Origin: Chiloscyllium plagiosum
Taxonomy: Eukaryota
Length of the DNA stretch: 64,000 nt
Direction of reading: 5' to 3'
NCBI RefSeq assembly: GCF_004010195.1
Contig: NC_057718.1
Location: forward strand, 18,499,689 to 18,563,688
Each line of letters opens with the position of its first letter. Position 1 is the stretch's first letter. Below the pieces are notes generated by a model. That model did not search any database and was not told where the DNA came from. It saw only the letters and a list, made by a program, of their open reading frames with translations. Below, piece after piece: positions 36,627-48,107 of the stretch. The position numbers and the translations under genes are program-made.

Positions 36627-39554
36627 CATCTCAGCCAAGGCAGCTGAGACACAGGCCAACTGAGGAGATCAAGCGTATTCGTGAAGGCTTTATCAAATGT
36701 CTTGCCCTACACTCCAGCCATTAATCAGCAAACACATCCATCTTTGTAATGCATTGCCTTTGTACAGCAATTGGAAAGCAGCAAGACTCATTACCCAATT
36801 AAATGAAGCTTGACTGCTAGTGAAACTGACTTTCTTTCCCGTTTTCAACCTTTTTACAACTAATAAGCAGAAACGTTGAAAGAAAAATTTAAAATAAATA
36901 ATTTTTTTTAATGTCTCTACGGTTTTTCTCCTGCATTGACATGGCAGGGTGGTGGAGATGGATCTTCATTCAATTGCTGCAGATTCCAGGACCATCCTTG
37001 AGGGTTGGAAACCCTTCGGCTAAAGTTGTTTGGGGTTGGGAAGGAGCAGCATGTGGGATGGCAGGCTGAAGGTCTCACAAGAGTCCCTGGTGACAGAAGG
37101 GGGAAAATATTAACTGCTGCTGAAAAGTTGCAGACTTGTAGCTTTCTGCAGTGGAAAATATCAAGTTAGATTATGAAGGTCCCCACCTTTCAATATCTGA
37201 TCTTTAAATTTAAAGCTAGGAGACTTTGTTTCACTAAAACTGACACGTGTATTGGAAAACTCTTCCCTCAACTCCCTACCTTCCAAATCTCAGGCCAACT
37301 ATCTAGATTTATGTGTAAATTGCCCCCAGGAGAATAAGGTGGCAGGAGGTAAATTGTCTGATAATCCACATTGAATGGAAGGTTACGGTTCCCCTGCAGT
37401 GCACATTAGTCACCTGATGTGAAACACATTTTAACACCAAACAAAAGCACTTCCGCTCCCTTTCGAAAATATTTAATTTTTCGCTTTTACAACAGGATCA
37501 TTTTTTTTTTAGTGCGTGCTTCATGCAAAAAAGAATGAGCCTCCAGGCGAGGAAATTTTTTGCAGTGACATTTGCGTAACGCCCTACCAAGCTATTTCTT
37601 TCTAGACAGCACTCCAGGGTTCTGCGTCTGCAAAAGCAGCAAAAACCTATTTAAATGAGCTTATTAATATTTCCCTGGCAATACAAAGCTTGCAGACTGA
37701 TGCCTCAGGGCAACACAAGGCAGAACATATAGCAGTGCTGTGGAGGTACATCCTAAAGGAGGAGAGAAAGAATTAGACTTGTGTTTCAGATATTTCTGGT
37801 GAATGAATACTGAGGTGCATCCAAGTAGCAGTGATACAGAAGGTTGGCAGTCTCCTCTCCACACTAAGTTTTTTTTATTAAATGCTGGATACTCATGTAT
37901 GTTCCTCTTGATGTCAGCCAGGTGGAAGCCACAGTCAGGAAGGAGAATTTGTCTTGAGGATCCAGCCCTTAGGAAAATAAAGCAGAAGCTAAGCCTCCAT
38001 AATGGTGGGAAATATTTTCCATGAAGGATAGAACAATTTGACCTTTCGTGATCTCAGAATGTCTCCCAACGCAATTCCCACCAATGAATCAGTTTGTTCT
38101 GCTGCATTGTGAGAAATGCGACATCCATTTTGCGCACAGCAAGCTGATAGAAACAGCAGTGCAGTAAAAGGTCAGATAACCCGTTCCAGTGATTGTCATT
38201 CATTGCTGGAGAATCAGCATCATGTACATAATACAAGGATTTTATAACAGTGTGTGTTGTAACTGTTAGGAATCTCAGTCAGCTCAGGCACATAGTTACC
38301 AGAAGATTGATTTTCTAATGATATGGATGCAAGCAGACTACATTAGAGAGATAGCTTTACTTCCAAAGTACTTCATTGACTTTATGTAATTCTGGGATGG
38401 TGAATGGCACTGCATAAACAAAGTCTTTCCTTAACTGGGTCTGTGTTCACAACTAGAGAGCACAGGAAACTTTAAGATTTGATTTCTCCTAATTCGGTGC
38501 CATCATTTCTCATAATCAACAGTCAGCTATTTGAATAATGAAGCAGGCTGAATGGGCTGAATGGCCTACCCCGGTTCCCATGCTTCAACCAGAGTAAACA
38601 TGGGAACTGGCCTCAATATCACTTGAAGTAGTGGAGAACCTCTGCTCATTGCTTGGCGATTCTGCTAATATACGCCCACAAGTAGTCATTAGCTGAGTTC
38701 AGGCTGGGGCTTTCATCTTATAGACTCCTGCCTTGAGCTGAATAGAGTAGTTGGAGAATGATTGAGTGTCTCAATGCTCAGTTGGTTCCCATTGACTAAT
38801 CACCAGACTAATCACCCTTAGAAGAGCAGTAAATGAAAGGAGTTGATAGTTGGCATTAATGCGGAAAGGAGGTAGCATCAAGACCACGGCATGAAGTGCC
38901 ATGTCGAGAGATGGTTACATAGATACTGTGCACTCCTGCAACTGTGCCTTATTGGTAGGAACAGTGGGTATTCAAGATTGTAGGTGGGATGCCAATCAAA
39001 CAAGCTGTTTTATCCTGGATGGGCTGAGCTTCTTGAGCGTTATTGGACCTGCACCCATCCAGGCAGATGGACAATATTCAATGATTTGCCATGCAGATGG
39101 TGGACAGGTACTGGGGAGCAAGATGATGAGTTAGAGAGAACTTTGTTGAAGGGGTGGAGTGTTGTCAGAGTTGATCTGTGAGCTGGCACGATGGCACTGT
39201 CAGTCTGGTGGATTGCTGATGCAAACATGAGTGGACGGAGGGTCAAAGAGGGTGGTGGTCATGGAGCAGACAGGAATTTTGTTGCAAAGAAGCTGTTGTA
39301 TGACAAGTGGATTAGATTTTGATGAGCTGCAACCTCCAGTTACCCACCATGATTTTCATGACAGGATTTGCACTATTCAAATCTGGGGGGAAGGAGAGAA
39401 GAATTGGAAGTGGCGTATAAATAAGGTGAGTTTGGGTTTTAATAAGATGCAAGTACATGCAAATAAAGTAGTCATCACTTGACGGTGAGATTCTGACATC
39501 TCCACTGACAGCTTGAAAGAAAACAGTTTTCTTGATGCTGAAAATCTTGACTTT

Positions 39555-41200
39555 TTTCAATCAAATGAGATGTTTGAGGACTGGAGGGTTGCTCATGTTG
39601 TCCCCCTGTACAAGAAGGGTAGTAAGGATATTCCAGTAACTCCAGACCAGTGAGCCTGACGTCAAGTGGTGGTAAAGTTGCTGGAGAAGGGACTGAGGGA
39701 TAAAATCTATTCATATTTAGAAAAAAATGAGTTTATCTGTGATAGACAACATGGTTTTGTGCTGGGGAGATCGTGCCTTACCAATTTAACAAAGTTATTT
39801 GAGGAAGTGAGGAGAAAGTGAGGTCTGCAGATGCTGGAGATCAGAGCTGAAAATGTGTTGCTGGAACAGTGCAGCAGGTCAGGCAGCATCCAGGGAACAG
39901 GAGAATCGATGTTTCGGGCATAAGCCCTTCTTCAGGAGCTTGAGGAAGTGACCAAGTTGACAGATGAAGAAAGGGCTGTAGATGTCATATATATGGACTT
40001 TAGTAAGGCGTTCCCCATGGCAAACTAATGGAGAAAATGAAGTCACATGGTGTGCAGGGTGTTCTAGCTAGGTGGATAAAGAACTGGTTGAGCAACAGGA
40101 GACAGAGAGTAGTAGTTGAAGAGAGTTTCTTGAAATGAAGAAAGGTGACCAGTGGTGTTCCACAGGGATCAGTGCTGGGGCTATTGTTGTTTGTGATATA
40201 CATAAATGATCAGGAAGAGGACATTGTTGGTCTAATCAATAAATTTGCAAATGACACGAAGATTGGTGGAGTAGCAGAAAGCATAGGGGACTGTCAAAGA
40301 ATATAGGAGAATATAGATTGACTGGAGAGTTGGGCAGAGAAGTGGCTTATGGAGTTCAATCCAAACAAATGTGAGGTTATGCATTTTGGGAAATCTAATT
40401 CTAGAGTGAACTATACTGTAGACAGAAGAGCCTTGGGAAAAGTTGATGAGCAGAGAGATCTGAGAGTTCAGGTCCATTGTACCCTGAAGGTGGCTACACA
40501 GGTGGATAGAATGGTCAAGAAGGCATATGGTATGCTTGCCTTCATCGGCTGGGATATTGATTATAAGAGCTAGCATGTCATTATTAAAATTGTACAAGAC
40601 ATTGGTTCGGCTGCATTTAGAATACTGTGTATAGTTCTGGTCACCACATTACCAAAAGGATGTGAACACTTTGGAGAAGGTGCAGAGAAGATTTACGAGG
40701 ATGTTGCCTGGTATGGAAGGTACTAGCTATGAAGAGAGGTTGCGTAGGTTAGGATTATTTTCATTAGAAAAAAGGAGATTTAGGTTAGGATTATTTTCAT
40801 TAGAAAAAAGGAGATTGAGGAGGGACCTGATTAAGGTCCACAAAATCATGAAGGGTCTAGACAGGGTAGATAGAGATAAGCTTTTTCCCAGGGTGAGGGA
40901 TTCAATAACGAAAGGCGTTTAAGGTGAGAGGTGAAAATTTAAGGGGGATACATGCGGGAAGTACTTTACACAGAGGTGTAGGTGCCTGGAACGCATTGCC
41001 AGCAGAGGTAGTAGAGACAGGCACGGAGGACTCATTTAAGGTGCGTCTGTGCAGATGCATGAGTAGGTGGGAGGGACACAGATGCTTAAGAATTGGGCGA
41101 TAGGTTTAAACAGTGGATTTGGATCGGCTCAGGCTTGTAGGGCTGAAGGGCCTGTTCCTGGGCTGTAAATTTTCTTTGTTCACTTTATTCTTTGTTCATT
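39555..41200 (+). mobile_element. CR1 LINE RT to 3' end, decayed
   Basis: QHGF, SGVPQGSVLG, KFANDTK (decayed FADD), MEFNPNKCEVMHFG and LEKVQRRFTRM motifs; tail GGGCTGAAGGGCCTGTTCCT. Confidence 0.93.
39811..39939 (-). mobile_element. Family A terminus, single tailed arm, inside CR1
   Basis: Perfect 12-bp TSD TTGAGGAAGTGA at 39799-39810 and 39940-39951; the 5' end lies 4 nt before CTGAAGA. Confidence 0.92.
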
Positions 41201-42554
41201 TAGAAAGGCAGTACAGACAAGATAGGCCAACTGTCTCTGTTGTTTAACAATTTTGTGATTGTGTGAAGTCTTTAATTCTTGACCTACACCAATCTACAAT
41301 TACATTCCCTCGACTCAACTAAGCAATCCATCCCCATCTGAAAAGATGGTGCACTTTGTATCAGGAGGACAATGCTCTCTTCATGTGGAATTATCACAGT
41401 TTGGAGATAATTCAGTGGGCTTCCTCCTGAATTCATCACTTCAGCCAAGCATGAAAACATATCAAATTGGAGCTTCAAACTGAAGGTTCATCTCCTTGTG
41501 TGAGCTAAAACCCTAAAGAGACGTCAAGTCATTCATCAAAGAAATTGAACTTACTTTTATTTCTTTATCATACCTGTTGATTATTCTAAGAATATTGAAA
41601 ATTAATTAAAACGGTTTCTTGAATAATAGTCAATCATTTGATTGGACCATGAAGAGTCTTTGCATCTGTGTGGTTGGCATGAAGCGGCTGTGTATATGGA
41701 TGTGCCTGTTAAATACAAGGGGTTTTAAATGCACGCTACACAGTCATATACTTCTTTCTGGTTTATTTCTGGTTTACACATATTCCTTTCTCGCCCAATT
41801 ATCTGTTATTTAATGCAAAGTTATCGCCTATTTCCTTATTCTACTTGGTCTCACTCATCCCTGCCAAATAATGACAATGTCACTTCACCAAAGTTGTTGG
41901 CAGCAGGACGATACCTTCAGTGACACATCCACTGGAGGCAGTAGTGTTCACCAGACCTTCAGGCTCCTGTAAGTGTGACTGGAAAACCTGAGGATTTTCA
42001 ACAGCTTGTTCTCCATCAAAGTAACAGAGACCATGTCCAGGGTCTTCCAAGGCCAACAAATTAAATGAAAGAGTGAATGAATTGTGTTTGTGTCCAATGG
42101 CAGAGAGTAATTCAATGAGTATTATTGTGTCTGAACAAAAGATCACTCCAAGAACTCCTACACAAATCTGTGTTTTGTTTTTTTTAAAAGACAGATTTTT
42201 ACAGGAAAATGATTAGGGCTGGCTCATTTCCTTTGTACTTGTTGACATAAGGCCAGCCCTAATCAGGACAGGAAAAGATTTCTGTCTGCTTTGAGGGAAT
42301 AAGTTCGTTAAATAAAAAATCTGATTCACACCGGAGGGTGATTCATACTGACTTCAAGTGGAACTGCAGGCCCCATTTCAGAGCCAAACACCTGTTTCCT
42401 CATGTACATAAGGCCACAGTTAATGTTTTCATTCCTACTTAACTGTTGTGGTACTTGCTGTGTTCAGCCCTGCCAGAGGCACTCAAGGTCAATTAAATAT
42501 AAAATGGGAACTGGAAGAACTCCACAGTGGTCAGTATCCCATCACCAAGTCAGT

Positions 42555-42892
42555 AAAGTGGCTCAGTGCTGAGCACTGGGGCCTCACAGCACCAGCGACT
42601 GGGTTTGATTCCACCCTCGGGGTCTCTTTTTGTGGGGTTTGTGCATTCTCCCTATGTCTGCATGGGTTTCCTCCCACAGTCGAAAGATGTGCAGGTAGGT
42701 GGATTGGCCATACTAAATTGCTCATAGTGTTTAGGGATATGCAGGCAAGATGGGTTAGCCACAGGGAATGTGAGTTACTGGGATGCAAGTGGGGGGTGGC
42801 CGGGGAGGTGGGTTTGGATGGGATGCTTTTTGGAGGGTCGCTGTGGACTTGATGGACTGAATAGCCTGCTTTCATGCTGTAAGGGTTCTATG
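42555..42892 (+). mobile_element. HE1/V-SINE, older
   Basis: GTGGCTCAGTG head, GGGTTTCCTCCCACAGTC V-domain, CR1-like tail. Confidence 0.8.
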
Positions 42893-43089
42893 AAGACACC
42901 CTTTATTCATATGTGCAGTACGTGACATTGGTCTAGCCTCCTCAGAGCCAGCTCTCAGTGAACAGAACCTCTGACACTCCTGTTTGTATCTGTCAGTCAG
43001 GGCTCCCTGATTGGGCTAGATAAACAACCCCAAACAGGGGACTCATATTCAATGAGGTCCACCTCAATGACCTCAGGATAATTATTACA
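42893..43089 (-). mobile_element. Short solo LTR (Gypsy-like), 3' end cut by HE1
   Basis: Minus strand begins TGTAAT, then CCAATC, a TATA-like GATACAAA and AATAAA in LTR order. Confidence 0.5.
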
Positions 43090-44114
43090 GGGATATTCCT
43101 ATGAGTTGCTGCTGTTAGCATGAGGGTCAATGTCTCTCTGTCTTGTCATAATTTTCTACATTGGAAACACGGTGCCTGTGGCTATCTCAAAATTACTTAA
43201 CTGATTGTAAGGGGCTTTTAGGATGTCCTGAGGTAGTAAAAGGTGTTATGCAAATGCAAGTGTTCTCTCCGGAGCTCTCCCTGCCTGTTTGCTGAGTGCA
43301 CTCCCAGTGTAGTTTTCTGTGGTTTGGCTTGAATCCCTACTTTCTCATGCACACAGCAGCCTAAAAGTTGGTTAGCGTGGGCAGAGATACACATTTAGTG
43401 GTATTGATAGTGAGATATGTCTATGAAAATTGACCATACTTCAGTGAAGTGTCAAAGCACAGTATCGCTAGCCAGCATGGCAACAAAGAAGGAAAGGTAA
43501 TGAAGCAAATTGTGCTCTCTGCTTGCCACACCCAATGGGAGCTCCTGCACCAGGTGCCCAAAGATCTGGAGGGGGTGTGGAAAATCAGCCTGTGATGTCA
43601 CATAAAGACCCAGGGCAGAAACATGCACCCTTAAGTAAACACCATCCTTGAACTAAGGATGGGAACAGCTGACAGCAGCAATTCTGTCTGCACAGCTAAT
43701 TAAAAAACCACTTCTAATTTGTTTTGTTCAGGTTTATTCTATCGCCCTGCAGCATCACTTGTTTTACATTTTAAAATTGACTCAAGTAAAGCCCTAACAA
43801 TTATAAAAAGGAACTGATACCATTGAAACCGTGTAAAGAAACTCAAGCTATTAAAGCTTATCGTTTGGATTAGCAGCCTGCTTTAACCAATTAATTCGGT
43901 CTTTTTATGATCCCTCAAGTTTAGAAAAAATGTACCATCCATTTTCTTTCCAGAAGCATTATTTAGCATGGCCTTGAAAGTAAAGAGCACATTTCGGAGC
44001 AGAATTGAAACTAAAGTATTCCCAGCAGGGTGTTCAGGAAATCAAAATATTCTGAATGTTCCCACTGAAGGGCCAAGGATAGGTCTTACAGTGTTAAAAC
44101 AATCATGATGTTAG

Positions 44115-44810
44115 GGTTTGAGTTGATTTATTGTTGGCACATGTGCTGAGACACAGTGAAAAGTTTTGTTTTGCATACTATACAAGGCAGATTGTGCCAT
44201 GCAAAGTGTGCCAGGATAGCAGAACAGAGTGCAGAATGTTACAGCCACAGAGAAGGTCCAGACAGAGATCAGAATTAACATTTGAGAGGCCTGTTCAAAA
44301 GGCTGATAACAGCAGGGAAGAAGCTGTTCTTGAATCTATTCATACGCATATTCAAACTTCTATACCTTCTTCCCAATGAAAGACGGTTGAAGAGAGTATA
44401 AACAATGTGGGAGGGGTCTTTGATTATGTTGGTTGTTTTCCCAAGGCAGTGAGAAGTATTGATGGGGTTAGTGGATGGGAGGCTGGTTTACCTGATGGAC
44501 TGAGCTGTGTTCACAACTCTCTGTAGTTTCTTGCAGTCTTGGGAAGAGCAGTTGCTATACACACTATGATGCATCCAGATAGGACGCTTTCTACGATGCA
44601 TCTATAAAAATTGGTAAGAGTCTTTGTGGACATGCCAAATTTCCTTAGCCTGCTGAGGAAGTAGAGACCTTGTTGCACTTCCTTGACTGTCACATTGAGA
44701 TGGGTGGACCAGGACAGATTGTTGGTGGTCATCACTCCCAGGAACTTGACACTGTCGACCATCTCCACCTCAGAACCATGATACAGACAGGGTAGTGCTC
44801 TCCAGCCTGT
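44115..44810 (-). mobile_element. Rex1/Babar-type LINE 3' fragment
   Basis: VDSVKFLGVMTTNNLSWSTH...LYFLSRLRKFG...FYRCIVESVLSGCI. Confidence 0.85.
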
Positions 44811-45044
44811 TTCTTGAAGAAAGGTAAGAATTTCCATGACAAACCCTCAGATTTATTTGGCAATTAAATATAATGCGCAGTGAACTACTTGTGGCCATTG
44901 CGAGACAGCTGTAGATATTTTAGCTGTGAGCCAACCACTCATCTCTTCCAGTCAGAAGGCTATATCCTGACCCATGTTTAATCTAGCATAATACACGACC
45001 AGAATACTACATGGCGCCATTTTTCCAATTGAGATATCAAGCAG

Positions 45045-45366
45045 ATATAGAGTCGTAGAGCACGGAAACAGACCCTTTGGCCCAACTCGTCCACGCCAAC
45101 TGTTCAGTCTCATTTGCCTCAGTTTGGCCCATATCCCTCCTATCCATGTACCTGTCCAAATGTTTTGTAAATGTTGGAATTGTACTCACCTCTACCACTT
45201 CCTCTGGCAGCTCGTTCCACGTTTGAACCATCCTCTCGGTGAAAAGGTTTCCCACTCACATTCTTTTTAAATCTTCCCCCTCTCACCTTAAAACCATGCC
45301 CTGTAGTTTGGACTGTTCGATCCTGGGGAAAAGACCTCTGTTATTCATCTTATCTATGTCTCTCAT
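45045..45366 (-). mobile_element. CR1 3' end
   Basis: GNLFTERMVQTWNELPEEVVE. Confidence 0.85.
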
Positions 45367-45707
45367 ATTGTCATTGCATAATTCTGACAAGGGCTAGCAA
45401 AATTGCCCTGGTGTCATTGCCAATGTGGACTCTTTAAGCAACATCACTGCAAAGCAGATTATTTGACCATTATCACAGTGCCCCTCATGGGAGGTAGCTG
45501 TGTGCATTATTGATTGATGTGTTCCCTACACGACAACAGTGACTACACTCCAAAGTGGCTGAATTTGGATTTTGGAGCATGTTAACGATGTGAGAGGTGT
45601 TATGTAAATGCAAGTTTTTCTTTCTTTATTGTTTTAATCCAAACAGTTTATTCTGTCCCAGTCCAGCCATTGTAAATGCGTTGAGATGGATTCTATTAGA
45701 TGATCTA

Positions 45708-46003
45708 TTAGATTACTTACAGTGTGGAAAAAGGCCCTTCGGCCCAACAAGTCCACACTGACCCTCTGAAGACCAACCCACCCAGACCCATTCCCCAACA
45801 TTTATCCCTTCACCTAACACTATGGGCAATTTAACCTGCACATTTTTGGACTGCGGGAGGAAACCGGAGCACCCGGAGGAAACCCACGCAGACATGGGAA
45901 GAATGTGCAAACTCCACACAGACAGTTGCCTGAGGTGGGAATTGAACCCGGGTCTCTGGCATTGTGAGGCAGCAGTGCTAACCACTGTGCCACCCTGCTG
46001 CCC
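45708..46003 (-). mobile_element. HE1/V-SINE, full length
   Basis: Near-identical to 21759-22075 in reverse. Confidence 0.93.
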
Positions 46004-46819
46004 ACTGAGTTCGTTTAAATGGGCAGATTTCTCTAAAAAGAATAAACAAATGCAATGGCCAAATACTCATAACTTCTTACTTTATTGACTGAGTCAGTCA
46101 CTTTCAATAGCATTGAGAACCAGGAACCTTTGAAATTAGGATTTCCGCTATTGTAATGGGAACGACTTTATAATTTCATGTAGCATTAAAATGAGTGAAT
46201 TTTAAAAAGATAATTCATGGAGCAGCAACCTGTTAAAACATTCAAAATGCATGGATCCTAAGGGGCTTGTTATAGGGACATAGAGTCCAGTAAATGGCAT
46301 CTTATTATAACATCATGGCCTATAAATATGCCACCTTTGACCCCATCTCATTCCTCCTCTCTGAAATATCAGTCTTTTTCATACAGTCCTTATAAAGTGG
46401 AAACATGTGCATTTTTGAAGAGCCTTGCATCCACACTGATACTTAACTGGTGTACCCAGACTCTTACAATCTTTTCAATTGGTGGGCTGCCTGTAGAGAT
46501 CTCTCCTTTAAAACATTTTAGGTAATGTCAAGGGTGCAGACTGATTTTCAGGGCATTTGGAAAATGCCTGCTTGCTAGTGCATCGAGATTGCAGTAGGCG
46601 AAGACTATTTTGATTAGATAAATCACCAGGTCCATTTTAATCTATCCACCAGGGCCGAGGCAATTGTGTGTCAAAGATCATGTGTCGTGTATAAGAGTGT
46701 CACCTGTAAGAGCACCATGCAAAAAAGCCATGTGCAAGATTGCTGTGTATTGCATTGCCGTGTGTAGGAGTACTCTGTTAAATAGAACCCTATTCTTATT
46801 TCCAATCTTGACTTGCTTT

Positions 46820-47660
46820 CTTTATTCATTTATGGGATGTGGGCTTTACTGGCTAAGTCAGCACTTATTGTCCATCCAAGTTGCCCTTGGGAAGGTGATG
46901 GTGAGCTGCCTTCTGGTACTGTGCAGTTCACGAGTTGTAGGTACACCCACAATGCTGTTGATGCAGCAACACTGAAGGAAGAATGGTCTATTTCCAAGAC
47001 GGGATGGTGAGTGGCTTGGAAGGGGACTTGCAAAAGATGGCATTCCCATGTATGTGTTGCCTTTGTACTTCTAGTTTGTATTGGTTGTAGGTATAGAAGC
47101 TGTTACCTAACAAATCTTGATAAATTTCCTCAATGCAAATTATACATGATATATACAGCTGCTCCTGAGTGTTGGTGCTGGAGGGAGTGGATGTTTATGG
47201 ATGTGGTGTCACTCAAATAGGCTAGACCTTTTGAGTGTTATTGGAGCTGCACTGATCAAGGCAAGTGGGGAGTATTCCATCACATTCCTAACTTGGGCCT
47301 TGTAGATGGTGGATTGGCTTGAAAAGTCAGGAGGTGAGCTATTCAATTCCTAACCTCTGACCTGCTCTTGTAGCCACAATATTTATATGAGGAGTGCAGT
47401 TTAATTTCTGATCAATGGCTACTCTATAGGGTGTTGATAGTGGGAGATACAGAGATGAGAATGTAATTGAAAGTCAACAGGCAATGGTTAGAATCACTCT
47501 TATTGAGAATTGTAAATTTCTGGTACATGTATGGTGTGGAACATTACTTGTTACTTGTCACTTGTCAGTTCAAACCTTGATATTGTCTAGATTCTGCTGT
47601 ATTTTACATGGCTGCTTCAGTATCTGAGGAGTCAGAAATGAAGCTGAACATTGTGCAATT
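46820..47660 (-). mobile_element. Old CR1-group LINE 3' part
   Basis: Reverse of 24360-25010 plus the tail seen at 12840-12930. Confidence 0.75.
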
Positions 47661-48107
47661 GTGATTAAACTGGTCGGATTTTTACATATCTATGTTTTAA
47701 TAATAGTTGTTGCAAGCTTGAGTTCTTGGGTTTTGGCTTTCTAATGTATATCTTTTTTCTAATAGAATAGTAATTTATTGTCACTTGTATTTTTATGAAA
47801 AATACAGTGAAAAGTGTTTACGTTGTCATATTCTGGCACCTATATTAATGAATGAATTATATTAATAACAGAATTATATATTAGTAAGAGTGTTTTTATG
47901 TGTCTGAATAATAATAATTAACTTGTAAGTATTTCTGTATCCATGGTAATTTCTTTTAAAATCAATTCTGAGGCATGGTTTTAAAGTGAACGCGTTTGTG
48001 TGAGCCACAAATGGACGCTTGGTTATTTTAATTGCTTTGCTACCTGGCAAAGTAAATAATGGGGCCTTAAGACTTGTTATCATCCTCTGGAACTTGATCT
48101 TTTTATG

